A DNA stretch of 63,792 nt, the filler included, from Octopus bimaculoides (taxonomy: Eukaryota): NCBI RefSeq assembly GCF_001194135.2. It is 6 parts of 5 records of this genome, joined end to end, with 100 filler letters (N's around TTAATTAATTAA, not from the genome) between each part and the next. Parts side by side here need not be neighbours in the genome. Positions count along the whole stretch, not along the records: positions 1 to 13,721 come from NC_068991.1; 5 more parts are not named here. One strand, 5' to 3'. The notes beneath the pieces are model-generated. The model saw only the letters and a program-made list of their open reading frames with translations, did not search any database and was not told where the DNA came from. The translations under genes and the position numbers were made by a program. Positions 1 to 12,841 of the stretch are shown here, one piece after another. Every line of letters starts with the position of its first letter. Position 1 is the stretch's first letter.

Positions 1-450
1 CAAAAAAAGCTCTACTTTGTAATTTGTCCATTTTCTGTATTTAGCCCTGTGTGGCTATAATAAAAAGATATCTGTCTTACATGTATATATACATATATAT
101 ACATATATACATATATATACATATATATACATACATGCACACATACAAATATAAATATATATACATATATATATATAATGCATTCGCATTTCATACACAT
201 ATTTGTTTATATATAAATGCATATATATGTATCGATACTTATATATGTATAAATATATTATAAATGCAGTCATCCTTATGCGTGTGTATTTACACACACA
301 CACACACACACATATATACATGAATATACACATATTCTGTGTATGTAGTACGTATATATACATTACACACAAGCAAACGCATATATATGGGTGTGTATGT
401 ATGTACGCATGTATGTATATGTATCTATACATATATGTACGTGGAGGTGT

Positions 451-563
451 GGAGGCGCAATGGCCCAGTCGTTAGGGCAGCGGACTCGCGGTCGTATGAT
501 CGTGGTTTCGATACCCAGAGCTGGCGTTGTAAGTGTTTATTGAGCGAAAACACCTAAAGTTCC
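451..563 (+). mobile_element. tRNA-derived SINE, 5' portion
   Basis: tRNA-like head with A-box-like TGGCCCAGTCGTTAG and B-box-like GGTTTCGATACC, then GTGTTTATTGAGCGAAAACAC. Truncated against an oppositely oriented SINE. Confidence 0.8.
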
Positions 564-840
564 GCGGAACAGCTTGTTTGTGAAATTAACGTACAACTGA
601 CTGAGCAATCCAAAGACACGTGTACCCCTAATGTAGTTCTCAGGGAGATTAAGCGTGACACAGAGTGTGACAAGGCCGGCCCTTTGAAATACAGGTACTA
701 CTCGTTTTTGCCAGCTGAATGGACTGGAGCAACGTGAAATAAAGTGTCTTGCTCAAGGACACGACGCGTCGCCGGGAATTGAACTCACGACCTTACGATC
801 ATGAGCCGAATGCCCTAACCACTAAGCCACGCCCCTTCAC
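564..840 (-). mobile_element. tRNA-derived SINE, near full length
   Basis: Minus strand starts GTGAAGGGGCGTGGCTTAGTGGTTAGGG...GAGTTCAATTCCC (A and B boxes), then GTGTCCTTGAGCAAGACACTTTATTTCACGTTGCTCCAGTCCA and a long tail. Confidence 0.85.
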
Positions 841-1149
841 TCTGGATACTTGAAACCCTGTTTAGAATTTAACGTTGTAAGAGAAATTTGCCGTCAACAA
901 ATGAAACTATTTCTTTCATAAAAATTTTGCATTTTTGATATCTGAAGAGTTTCATATAAAACAAAAAATTCCAAAACAAAATTTTTTAATTCTCTAATTT
1001 CTACGGTTTCTGCATCGTGGAACAGAACGAATACTGTTTGGCATTATGACTATTAGAAAAGAAGCTGCATACGTTTTCTCTACAACTGAGGGAAAAAAAA
1101 ACTTAAGAAAAGAAAATAAGCCATCAGAACTGCATCGTTTACGCAATGC

Positions 1150-1310
1150 GGAGAATATACAACGAGCATTGCCCAAATGACATTAGCATCAGATGCAGAA
1201 TTCATCCAAGGTTGGAACCCAGTGCTAAGCGGACATACGCCATAGAAACCAGGAAACCGGGCCCATGATCCTGGCTAGGCTTTAAAAGAGCGTATAAATA
1301 AAATAAATTT
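1150..1310 (+). mobile_element. probable LINE/SINE 3' tail
   Basis: CATACGCCATAGAAACCAGGAAACCGGGCCCATGA...GGCTAGGCTTTAAAA followed by a (TAAA)n-like tail. Recognised by pattern only. Confidence 0.4.
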
Positions 1311-1754
1311 TAACAAAAACTAATGTATTTTAAGATTAATATATAATGTTCGTCTTTGAAGAGAAGTAGAAAATGGTGTAAAATGAATATTTTATCTTAG
1401 TTATATTTACTCCAGGTAATGTTTCTAGTTAACATACTTCATTATAATGACCTGTATGTAAATCTAGGAGTCCTACCGTGTTTTACTCTTGAACGCGACA
1501 TTTGTATTACAGCTTGTGGACAGAAAGGTTATAGCCTGTTTTAAAATTTTTAGATTTCTTACGAGCGTTTGCGGAAATATTTATATTTACACAAAAAGAA
1601 AATACAATATAATTTGTTGAATTTTGCGTTTAAATCAATATGAAAATGCCACTATAAATCTTAAATGATCATGCGAAGAAATGGCAGTAAAGAACATTAG
1701 AGCAATTTAGAAATATTCGTTGTCACAGTGTGATAATAGATTCGTTGTTCGATA

Positions 1755-1900
1755 ACAAGAAATTATTGAGAAAGAGCTTACAGAAGATGAAATAAAACTA
1801 CACAGGTATTTCCTGAATCACTTCAGTCACGTGAAGAACAATTAACTGATCCTGACCTTCTTCGTTTGGTTCAATCAAAAGCGCGAACAAAAAAGAAAAA
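1755..1900 (+). pseudogene. possible pogo/Tigger transposase C-terminal relic
   Basis: Translates EIIEKELTEDENKTTQVFPESLQSREEQLTDPDLLRL, resembling the Tigger-type ELLxSHxEELTDEDLLEL segment. Weak similarity. Confidence 0.25.
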
Positions 1901-2246
1901 AAGCGGATATCCAATATATCGATGAATATTGTTGACTAGGTAAAGAAATGTACTTCATATGATGTTTCGTGAATATGAAAAGTTTGAGTAAATAATAATG
2001 GACATCTAACGAAGAAAATACATTTTTCACCAAATTAGACCAAGTAGCATCGCTGCTGTCAGCAGATGCATGCAGGGAAAAATTAAGCAGAAATATAGAA
2101 ATGCGGTTTAAATGATAATGGTTAAGTACTTTTGAAAGAAATGAAATTTGTAAAAATATATTAACTAGGATTATTCTGTAGAACACAGTAACTTTTCATA
2201 AAAATAATAACTGTTTTCGTTATACGATCATTATGTAATTTAGGAA

Positions 2247-2304
<58 letters not shown>

Positions 2305-3382
2305 TGCGATAGAGAAATAGATATGCTGAAGGATAGTTCGACAGGCAGTTAGAAGGGAGATAGAAATTCATGTATGATTACGATGAAGGTGAGAATGGAA
2401 GACATTGGGAAATGGAAAAAAGCGAGAGTGCATAATAAAGTTGAGAAATCTATATACATACAGAAAAGAAATAATTGAGAATAACGAAGGCGAGTGAATA
2501 AGTGAAGGCATAAAAGGAATGAATAAAGAAGAGAAAACAGAAAATGCTACTTTTGATAGACTCAACCGGTAATTTGTAAGTCATATACAAAACTACCTGA
2601 TTCCAAACAGACGAACAAAAAAAAAAAAGAAAAAGAAAGACATCTTTTACATAGAAAGAAGGAATTATTCGATGCGAAATGAACTAAAACAGAAGTACTG
2701 TAAAATGAGAACAAGAAATATAAGAATAAAGAGAAGAAGCAAGGCTCGAGGTAAATGGAATAAGAAGAATAACCAAAAGACAAAATGAAACGGAAGACGA
2801 TAATGGAGTAAGGCTTGAAGCTGAAAGATTAAGAATTATTGAAGAGACGAGGATAAGCCACATCACTTTTGGCGAGTACCGCACCAATGGATTCATACAT
2901 ACATACATACATACATACATACATACATACATACATACATACATGCATATGTATATATATATATATATANNNNNNNNNNNNNNNNNNNNNNNNNNNNNNN
3001 NNNNNNNNNNNNNNNNNNNNNNNNNNNNNNNNNNNNNNNNNNNNNNNNNNNNNNNNNNNNNNNNNNNNNNNNNNNNNNNNNNNNNNNNNNNNNNNNNNNN
3101 NNNNNNNNNNNNNNNNNNNNNNNNNNNNNNNNNNNNNNNNNNNNNNNNNNNNNNNNNNNNNNNNNNNNNNNNNNNNNNNNNNNNNNNNNNNNNNNNNNNN
3201 NNNNNNNNNNNNNNNNNNNNNNNNNNNNNNNNNNNNNNNNNNNNNNNNNNNNNNNNNNNNNNNNNNNNNNNNNNNNNNNNNNNNNNNNNNNNNNNNNNNN
3301 NNNNNNNNNNNNNNNNNNNNNNNNNNNNNNNNNNNNNNNNNNNNNNNNNNNNNNNNNNNNNNNNNNNNNNNNNNNNNNNNNN

Positions 3383-3416
<34 letters not shown>

Positions 3417-3567
3417 CACATATACATATATACAAGCACCAAATATGCTATATATAATCATATACATAGATTTCTGTACATGTTTGTATGCATAATAAAT
3501 AATTCTGTTATATACACCTAAAATTTATGGAATAAATATTCCTCTCTATCCCTTTCTTTCTCTCTCC

Positions 3568-3607
<40 letters not shown>

Positions 3608-4320
3608 TGAAAGAGCATTGTATACTGAGACGAAACTAAAATTAAACACGTATTTCCACAATAAAATATTTTGTTTAGGGTCACAAAGTTTTACACCGCC
3701 AATGAACCGATTAGAACTCGAGGCATATGAGATGGCAGTCCAATACCTAACCTACCCGGCCATCCCATATGCAGCTTACTCGATGCTGCGCAGATTCGGA
3801 TCAACTTGACGTCTGACGCTAGATTTGTTTCATCACGGATGACGTGGAACTAAACAGCAACACAAACGCATATAAACACAAAGGCATATAAACACAATAT
3901 TTTAATGTATATAGAATTTCATCGTAGTTGAAAATCAGAAAAAATAAAGAGCTAAAGAGCGTTGTAAGCATTCAGACAGACGAGATTCAGTGAAAACAAA
4001 CACTGAGTCAGAACCTTCAGTTGTCTTAGTATTAATGTACAGTTTTAGTAAATTGTTTACAAAACACAGTAAGATCGTATGATCGTATGATCGACCTAAA
4101 TTGAGAGATATTAAACTGCAGTAGTAGTCGCTATGTTGTCAATCTAAATGTTAGAAATAGCAGACAAACGTCCCTGAAAATTCTTCTTGAAAAAAGGAAG
4201 GCCAAATTGGCTGATGAAATTCTCAATGAATGTGTGCCTTGAATTAAATATACGTGATATCCAGAATGAGAACACTTTGATTATAGCTTTCATGGGTCAG
4301 AGATGACCAGAACGTTAAAC

Positions 4321-4328
4321 AACAGCAA

Positions 4329-4374
<46 letters not shown>

Positions 4375-4455
4375 GTCTACTACGACGACGACGACGACGA
4401 TGACGACGACGACGACGACGATGACGACGACGACGACGACGACGACGACAATGAT
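4321..4455. repeat. compound (CAG/CAA)n + (GAC/GAT)n microsatellite
   Basis: Directly visible. Confidence 0.95.
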
Positions 4456-4820
4456 GTGTCAAAATATCAGGATCTATATTTTTACAGGCGTTGCTGCTGT
4501 TGTTTTTATATAAGCGCAAAGCAGCTTTGAATATCCGTGCCAATGTTAAGCCTGACATAGGTCAATCGGTGGAAAGACGACAGGCCAACAACTGACCAGA
4601 CCTATCTTCACAGGTATACCAACATAACCTCTTCAACCGATGACCAGCCAATTGTATAACGCTAAAACAAATTTCGATTTTGCAATAAACAACAACAGGA
4701 AGAGAGAAAGCAAAGCAAGGAAACATGAAACTCTAGATTTCTCACACACACACACACACACACACGCACACACACACACACACGTATGTATATATAGCAT
4801 TAATTGTGGCTTAAAATTTT

Positions 4821-5022
4821 GCCACAAGGACAGCAATTTTGGGGAAAGAGTTAAGTTGATTATATCGACCCCAATGCACAATTGGCATTTAGTTTATCGA
4901 CCCCGAGAGGATGAAAAGCAAAGTCGACTCTGGCAGAATTTGAACTCAGAACGTAACGGAAGACGAAATACCCCTAAGCATTTCGCCCGGAGTGCTAACG
5001 ATTCTGCAGGCTCGCCACCTTC
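4821..5022 (-). mobile_element. tRNA-derived SINE (family with GCCTTTCATCCTTTCGGGGTCGATAAA core, Meta-domain-like)
   Basis: Minus strand reads AAGGTGGCGAGCC...GAATCGTTAGCAC...GAGTTCAAATTC...TTTCATCC.TCGGGGTCGATAAA. Homologous to the copies at 22.8 and 25-26 kb. Confidence 0.9.
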
Positions 5023-5050
5023 ACATCTAACATTAATAATCATTTCCACT

Positions 5051-5254
5051 GCAAGCCCAAGGCCTCAAATTTTAGGAGAAGGGATTAAATTGATTACATC
5101 GACCCCAGTGTGCAACTGGTACTAATTTTATCGACCCCGAGAGGATGAAAGGCAAAGTCCACCCTGGCGGAATTTGAACTCAGAATGTAACAGCAGACGA
5201 AATACTGCTCAATATTTCGCCTGGCATGCTAATGATTCTGCCAGCTCGCCGCTT
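5051..5254 (-). mobile_element. second tandem copy of the same SINE family
   Basis: Same head and core as 4821-5022, same orientation, about 30 bp away. Confidence 0.9.
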
Positions 5255-5458
5255 TCATATATAACATTACTAATGATAAGGAGAAATGGAGATTTTTCAC
5301 ATCCATAATATATATTTAACAGTTATTTACAGCATGTTTTCCGGACCTACAACGTGTTTTAACTACAACCTCTGCACACTGTGGGATATGCAACCTTGCA
5401 CCATGGTCGGTGTAGTTTCTTCAGGGTCCTTTATTCTACACAGCTTCGAAGTAAACGT

Positions 5459-5529
<71 letters not shown>

Positions 5530-5825
5530 TAAACACACATATATATATATTTATATATAAACTTAAAACCTACTAAATTTCGAATATAATTCTAGTGACT
5601 TCCTTACCACACACAGGCACATACACACACAACACTCACACACACACATATATTATGACTTTGCTAAGGCATAGCAATATAAAATGGCGATTTCCTGGCT
5701 TCCAGACCGAACGGAGATTAAAAGATAAGGAACAAAGGATCAAAAATAATTATAAAAATAAATACAAAACACGCACAAACGTAACAGCAAAATCTGCAAG
5801 AAGGATCGCAACAACATCAATAATG

Positions 5826-5877
<52 letters not shown>

Positions 5878-6206
5878 AATGAACACAACCAAAAACCGAG
5901 GAAACTCCACTGATTATAAAGAACAATATGAGAGAATTAATGGAAGTCAGCATATGGACAAGTGTTGATATGGATTTCATAATTACTCTAACAGACTGTC
6001 ACTCACCAGATGTCAAAATTTAAGAAGACTTCATTATTTACTCAGATGTGTTGAATTATAAACAGACGTACTTATAAGTGTATATATGTGGCTTGTGTAT
6101 ATAAATGTTTATATGTGCCACGCGTATATATGTATATACATATGAATATATATGTAAACATATATAAATATATTCATGTACATACACATACACACACATA
6201 TATATA

Positions 6207-6269
<63 letters not shown>

Positions 6270-6382
6270 ATACGCACACTCAGTCTATTTTTCTCTGCCT
6301 TTGGAAATACATACATGTATATGTATCCATATATACATATATATACGTGTGTGTATGTATGCATGTTTGTACGTATGTGTAC

Positions 6383-6426
<44 letters not shown>

Positions 6427-7339
6427 GTGTATATATATGTATATATATATGTATATAAATACATACATACAGACATATATNNNNNNNNNNNNNNNNNNNN
6501 NNNNNNNNNNNNNNNNNNNNNNNNNNNNNNNNNNNNNNNNNNNNNNNNNNNNNNNNNNNNNNNNNNNNNNNNNNNNNNNNNNNNNNNNNNNNNNNNNNNN
6601 NNNNNNNNNNNNNNNNNNNNNNNNNNNNNNNNNNNNNNNNNNNNNNNNNNNNNNNNNNNNNNNNNNNNNNNNNNNNNNNNNNNNNNNNNNNNNNNNNNNN
6701 NNNNNNNNNNNNNNNNNNNNNNNNNNNNNNNNNNNNNNNNNNNNNNNNNNNNNNNNNNNNNNNNNNNNNNNNNNNNNNNNNNNNNNNNNNNNNNNNNNNN
6801 NNNNNNNNNNNNNNNNNNNNNNNNNNNNNNNNNNNNNNNNNNNNNNNNNNNNNNNNNNNNNNNNNNNNNNNNNNNNNNNNNNNNNNNNNNNNNNNNNNNN
6901 NNNNNNNNNNNNNNNNNNNNNNNNNNNNNNNNNNNNNNNNNNNNNNNNNNNNNNNNNNNNNNNNNNNNNNNNNNNNNNNNNNNNNNNNNNNNNNNNNNNN
7001 NNNNNNNNNNNNNNNNNNNNNNNNNNNNNNNNNNNNNATATAAAAGCGTGTTTACGTTTGTGTATAGAAATCTATGAGTATATGTCAGGCGAATCAACAG
7101 ATTCATTTTCCCATATTGATATTCCTGTCCCCTAAGGAAGTTTTAAAGAGAAATCCATTCTAAGCATTTAGTATACATTATATGATGTCAACGTCAATAT
7201 ACGCATACGATGTCTATCTTTTGTTTTTTCTTTCTTTTTTTTTTGCAATATATAAAGACACACCGACTGACCTATATGTTTCAAGATTGATAAATTGATA
7301 CAGACTAGTACAAAAACGTACCTATACACACATACACAC

Positions 7340-7942
7340 AATGACAGTTAGCAGTGACGTTTACGAGGCAGCATGTTGAGTGATATCCTTGCGTTTACTT
7401 CGCAAGTTGTGAAATTTGCGTTTTTTTGTGATCACGTGTATGCAGCAGTCTGCGATATTGTCATGGACACGAACAAAGATCCAACGTGAAATTTGGCGTT
7501 AAACTTGGGAAGTATTCTACAGAGACATTAAGCATGCTGCGGCAAGCGTACGGTGGTCAGGCAACGGGTTGTACACGTGTATGTCGTAGTCTGCGATTTT
7601 TTCATAGACAGGAACAAAGACTCCAACGTGAAATTTGGCGTTTNNNNNNNNNNNNNNNNNNNNNNNNNNNNNNNNNNNNNNNNNNNNNNNNNNNNNNNNN
7701 NNNNNNNNNNNNNNNNNNNNNNNNNNNNNNNNAGGCAACGGGTTGTACACGTGTATGTCGTAGTCTGCGATTTTTTCATAGACAGGAACAAAGACTCCAA
7801 CGTGAAATTTGGCGTTTAACTTGGAAAGTATTCTACAGAGACATTGAGCACGCTTCGGCAAGCGTACGGTGACGAGGCAATGGGTTGTACGCAATGTTTC
7901 GAGTGGTACGGGCGCTTGAAAAGCAGAAAGAAATCCCTGGAA
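7340..7942 (+). pseudogene. mariner (Tc1/mariner) transposon 5' end with duplicated transposase N-terminus
   Basis: Across frameshifts it reads MD.NKDSNVKFGVKLGKYSTETLSMLRQAYGDEAMGCTQCFEWYGRLKSRKKSLE. This matches the mariner N-terminal HTH pattern EQRxNVKFCVKLGKSATET...QAYGDEAM.RTQxFEWHxRFK. Confidence 0.85.
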
Positions 7943-7944
7943 GG

Positions 7945-8082
7945 GATGGTGATGATGGTGATGATGGTGATGACGATGATGATGAAGAAGAAGAAGAAGA
8001 AGAAGAAGAAGAAGAAGAAGAAGAAGAAGAAGAAGAAGAAGAAGATGATGATGATGATGATGATGATGATTATGACGATGAT
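7945..8082. repeat. compound (GAT)n(GAA)n(GAT)n microsatellite
   Basis: Directly visible; it interrupts the mariner relic. Confidence 0.95.
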
Positions 8083-9203
8083 GTCGGAAAAACTCAAGGA
8101 AAAAGAGACGTGTATGTGTGCAAGTGAGTGTTTGTGTGTGTGTGTGTGTGTATCCATATATGTATGTTTGTGTATATATATATATATCTATGTGCGTGAG
8201 TGTGTCTATATATGTATGTATGTGTGCGTATATACATGTGATGCTAATTGAGTGATTTGTAAGATGCCTCAGAGAAAAACACTATACTGTAACAGAGAAC
8301 ATGAATAGTGACTTTTTTATTATTATTATCATTATTATTATCATTATTTATTTATATTATTCATATTCTTTATATTATTTATATTTCTCCATCTCCTAGT
8401 CTTCATCCACTTTCTTCTCTACGAGTTAAAATTACTGTATAAGCCAGCTGAAGCCAGTTCAATGCAATTAATTGAAGCTAAGCGCTTAGTTTTCGACGAG
8501 GAAATTAATATCGTTAATGTTACGAGTGTATTGTCTAGCGAGATAATAATAGTTGAATGTTATTGGTCTGATATGAGATACCCGAGAAAGCAAATGATAA
8601 CAGCATTGAAAAATAGCAAATGATAAGAACAAAAACATCGCTGTTTGGCATGGTATTGCTATACCACTAGAAGCATGATGTATCGTTTGAGTCTGCCAAT
8701 GGATATATATATATATATATANNNNNNNNNNNNNNNNNNNNNNNNNNNNNNNNNNNNNNNNNNNNNNNNNNNNNNNNNNNNNNNNNNNNNNNNNNNNNNN
8801 NNNNNNNNNNNNNNNNNNNNNNNNNNNNNNNNNNNNNNNNNNNNNNNNNNNNNNNNNNNNNNNNNNNNNNNNNNNNNNNNNNNNNNNNNNNNNNNNNNNN
8901 NNNNNNNNNNNNNNNNNNNNNNNNNNNNNNNNNNNNNNNNNNNNNNNNNNNNNNNNNNNNNNNNNNNNNNNNNNNNNNNNNNNNNNNNNNNNNNNNNNNN
9001 NNNNNNNNNNNNNNNNNNNNNNNNNNNNNNNNNNNNNNNNNNNNNNNNNNNNNNNNNNNNNNNNNNNNNNNNNNNNNNNNNNNNNNNNNNNNNNNNNNNN
9101 NNNNNNNNNNNNNNNNNNNNNNNNNNNNNNNNNNNNNNNNNNNNNNNNNNNNNNNNNNNNNNNNNNNNNNNNNNNNNNNNNNNNNNNNNNNNNNNNNNNN
9201 NNN

Positions 9204-9255
<52 letters not shown>

Positions 9256-11106
9256 GAAGGCCTGGCATATCAGTTGAGATGTGGATATCGATTCTCGATG
9301 CAAATGATACGATATAATTTAGGTGAAGACATGGATGTAACACTAGAGGCATAGATATCGGTAGAAATTGCAAATTATGCAACGGAAAAATACTGAGGCA
9401 TCGCATATCCTTTAAAGTAAGAGAAGGCACGTGTGATATGATTGGAAATCTGCAGGATACGATGGAAAAATTATGTAGATATCACTTGAGGCATGGACAT
9501 CGGTCGTGAATACAATTTATACGACAAATTATATATGGACTCATCGTATATATGTTGCAAATGGGTATGAAACGATGCGACTCTAGATGAAATCATTGTA
9601 TATCGATGGGAGAAAATATATATCGTTTTAGGCACGCATATCTGCTGTGAATGCAAATAACAGTGATAATATCTAGGTGAAAGCAGTGCATGCTTCTTGC
9701 AGTATACATATATCTTCGAGAATACGAAGATACCGAATAAAAAGACTGAATATTTGCATGGTATAACATGCAAAAGTTTCAACAAAATCTAAGAAAAGGC
9801 ATAGTATGATATATTTTTTTAGGGATGATTAACAGCTGGAAAAGCAGATGAAACTAAAAATCTTAAAAGGGTGATTATATAATCGCTTGATTGTGCAACA
9901 TTTTATAAGGATTACCAGACAGAAAGGAGATGAAAAAACGCGCGAAGAAGGTTGTTGCAAAAAGTGAAACAAGATGAAAGATAAAAAAAAAAACGAATGC
10001 CACGTTCTTCGTCTTCTTCGATTGTAGATGCCATAGTTAATGTTGATGGTGCAACATAATAGAAATGAAGCCAACTCTACACCACACTGCTTAATTCCAG
10101 ATCCGAAATTTTTAGCAGGTGTGAACACATAGACAAGTTTCTTTTTTCGAACCGGAGAACATTATCTGCTCTAGATTGAAAAACTGTCTTCTAGACTTTG
10201 CGTCATTCTAATATTTAAGATGCAGGATTGTGATCGGGTAAAGGTTTAGCTATTGTTTCTTATTCATCTATTGAACACACACAAACGATTAGTCGGCTCA
10301 TATTCTACAGATTTCTTTCTCTCTTTTTGAAATTTCTATTGTTCATTTTTTCCCAACCGCTCTCAGAAATTTCTCTTATATTTTTGCCGTTGGAATTGTA
10401 GTGCAGCTGAACTTACAACGCAAGATTTTGCCGCAATCATGAAATTAAAGAGCAAGACAGAAAGAGATAGCTAGCTAGCTAGATAGAGAGAAAGAGAAGT
10501 AGAAGAGGTAGGGGGAGAGTAGAGATGGGCACAGAGAGAGGGAGAGATTGCCAAGAAGACTGATAAGTTTGTGTGTGTTTGTGTCTGTGCGTTTGTGTCT
10601 GTGCGCGTTCTGGTGTGTTTACATATATATGCATGTGTGTATGTATGTACGTAACTATGTTGATACGTATATACATGTTGCGTATGTGTGCGTGTGCTTA
10701 TGTATGTGTATGCGAATTTTATAGTATATATTCCTTATCAGCCTGAAAATGTAGAATTAGTTTTCCAAAGATATTCCATAACTCATTACCAAAATACATA
10801 CCTTCACACATTATCTTACATGCACTGCATACACACACACACACACACACATACACACACACACACATACACACACATACTCGAGTATATTACAAAAGTC
10901 ATACGCATATATACCTAAACATATATGCATATGCTATGTATGTATGTATATATGTATGTATGTATATACGCACACACGCACATATATACATATATATACG
11001 CATATGTTATATACGTATATATGCACACCACACACATATATATATGCATAGGCTTTGTATATTTGTATATATACACACTTACACATATATAATATTTATA
11101 TATATT

Positions 11107-11167
<61 letters not shown>

Positions 11168-12047
11168 NNNNNNNNNNNNNNNNNNNNNNNNNNNNNNNNN
11201 NNNNNNNNNNNNNNNNNNNNNNNNNNNNNNNNNNNNNNNNNNNNNNNNNNNNNNNNNNNNNNNNNNNNNNNNNNNNNNNNNNNNNNNNNNNNNNNNNNNN
11301 NNNNNNNNNNNNNNNNNNNNNNNNNNNNNNNNNNNNNNNNNNNNNNNNNNNNNNNNNNNNNNNNNNNNNNNNNNNNNNNNNNNNNNNNNNNNNNNNNNNN
11401 NNNNNNNNNNNNNNNNNNNNNNNNNNNNNNNNNNNNNNNNNNNNNNNNNNNNNNNNNNNNNNNNNNNNNNNNNNNNNNNNNNNNNNNNNNNNNNNNNNNN
11501 NNNNNNNNNNNNNNNNNNNNNNNNNNNNNNNNNNNNNNNNNNNNNNNNNNNNNNNNNNNNNNNNNNNNNNNNNNNNNNNNNNNNNNNNNNNNNNNNNNNN
11601 NNNNNNNNNNNNNNNNNNNNNNNNNNNNNNNNNNNNNNNNNNNNNNNNNNNNNNNNNNNNNNNNNNNNNNNNNNNNNNNNNNNNNNNNNNNNNNNNNNNN
11701 NNNNNNNNNNNNNNNNNNNNNNNNNNNNNNNNNNNNNNNNNNNNNATATATATATGATATACATATTCACATTTTTGAAATGTTAATGACTTGCATTTGG
11801 TATAGAGTTTTTTTTAACGCTCGGCATATTTCATATGAAGGAAATAGGGTTTTGTACGTAAATTGATACAAATGTGTAAGAATAACTGATAAAGAGAGAA
11901 ACAGTGAGAGAGAGGGAGAGAGAGAAAGACAGACAGACAGATGGACAGACAAATAGTAAGAAAAAGAGGTACAACGTCAAAGAAACGACTCACAAACGCT
12001 TAATGATGTAGTTAAACACAAGCACACAAACAGACATATATTCCAAA

Positions 12048-12145
12048 GCGCATGGCCCAGTGTTTGAGTTGTTATGGACAAAATCTAAAAGTTGTGCTTT
12101 CCACTCGCTGCCTAGTGTTCTTGAGCAAAACACTTCATTCCACGT
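12048..12145 (+). mobile_element. degraded tRNA-derived SINE head
   Basis: GCGCATGGCCCAGTG...GTGTTCTTGAGCAAAACACTTCATTCCACGT, homologous to the 564-840 family. Confidence 0.6.
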
Positions 12146-12557
12146 AAATGCCATACGTAACTGGCCATACGTAACTGGCCAGGGACGTATTGTTGCGCCT
12201 TTCTAATATCCTAAACGGGAACCTGTGGCTGCTCAGATGATACTTGGACGGGCCCCGTGTAGATCCGACATATTTCCGTGTCTGTGCCTTTGTGCTGGTG
12301 GTATTGCATCCACAACAGTTTTGAATATTATTCAAGGTTGACTAAGGGTAAATCTACTGATACAGTAGATTTACCCTTATTTTTATTTATGTATTTATTG
12401 TTGGCCGTGATTCAAGTGCGTAAAGTGATTGAAAGATCTCATGTGAGTATAGCCGGCTGTTGAATTATTTTACTGCTTCACCCTAAGACAGACTATTACC
12501 AATTGTTTTCTGTTGTATTGATGTGGAACACTTTGTAATTGCTCAAACACTAGTTAC

Positions 12558-12774
12558 TCTCTTTACTCCTTTACTTGTTTCAGTCATTTGACTGTGGCCA
12601 TGCTGGAGCACCGCCTTTAGTCTAGCAAATCGACCCCAGGACTTATTCTTTGGAAGTCTAGTACTTGTTCTAGCGGTCTCTTTTGCCGAACCGCTAAGTT
12701 ACAGGGACGTAAACATACCAGCATCGGTTGTCAAGCGATGTTGGGGGGGGGGCGACAAAGACAGAGACACAAAC

Positions 12775-12805
<31 letters not shown>

Positions 12806-12841
12806 CATGTATATATACATATATACGACGGGATTCTTTCA
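12558..12841 (-). mobile_element. SINE (CORE-like family with internal microsatellite), head-truncated
   Basis: CTCTTTACTC...TTGTTTCAGTCATTTGACTGTGGCCATGCTGGAGCACCGCC...GCCGAACCGCTAAGTTAC, then a CA/TA microsatellite and TACGACGGG. Homologous to segments at 25.6, 46.85, 60.95 and 63.0 kb. Confidence 0.9.

Noticed and set aside
451-525. tRNA gene
   Set aside because: The tRNA-like head continues into SINE body sequence and lacks a proper cloverleaf 3' end.
7734-7817. Apparent third copy of the mariner unit
   Set aside because: It is identical to 7559-7643 across a gap, and the spacing (174 bp) does not match the 141-bp unit. Likely an unmerged overlap.
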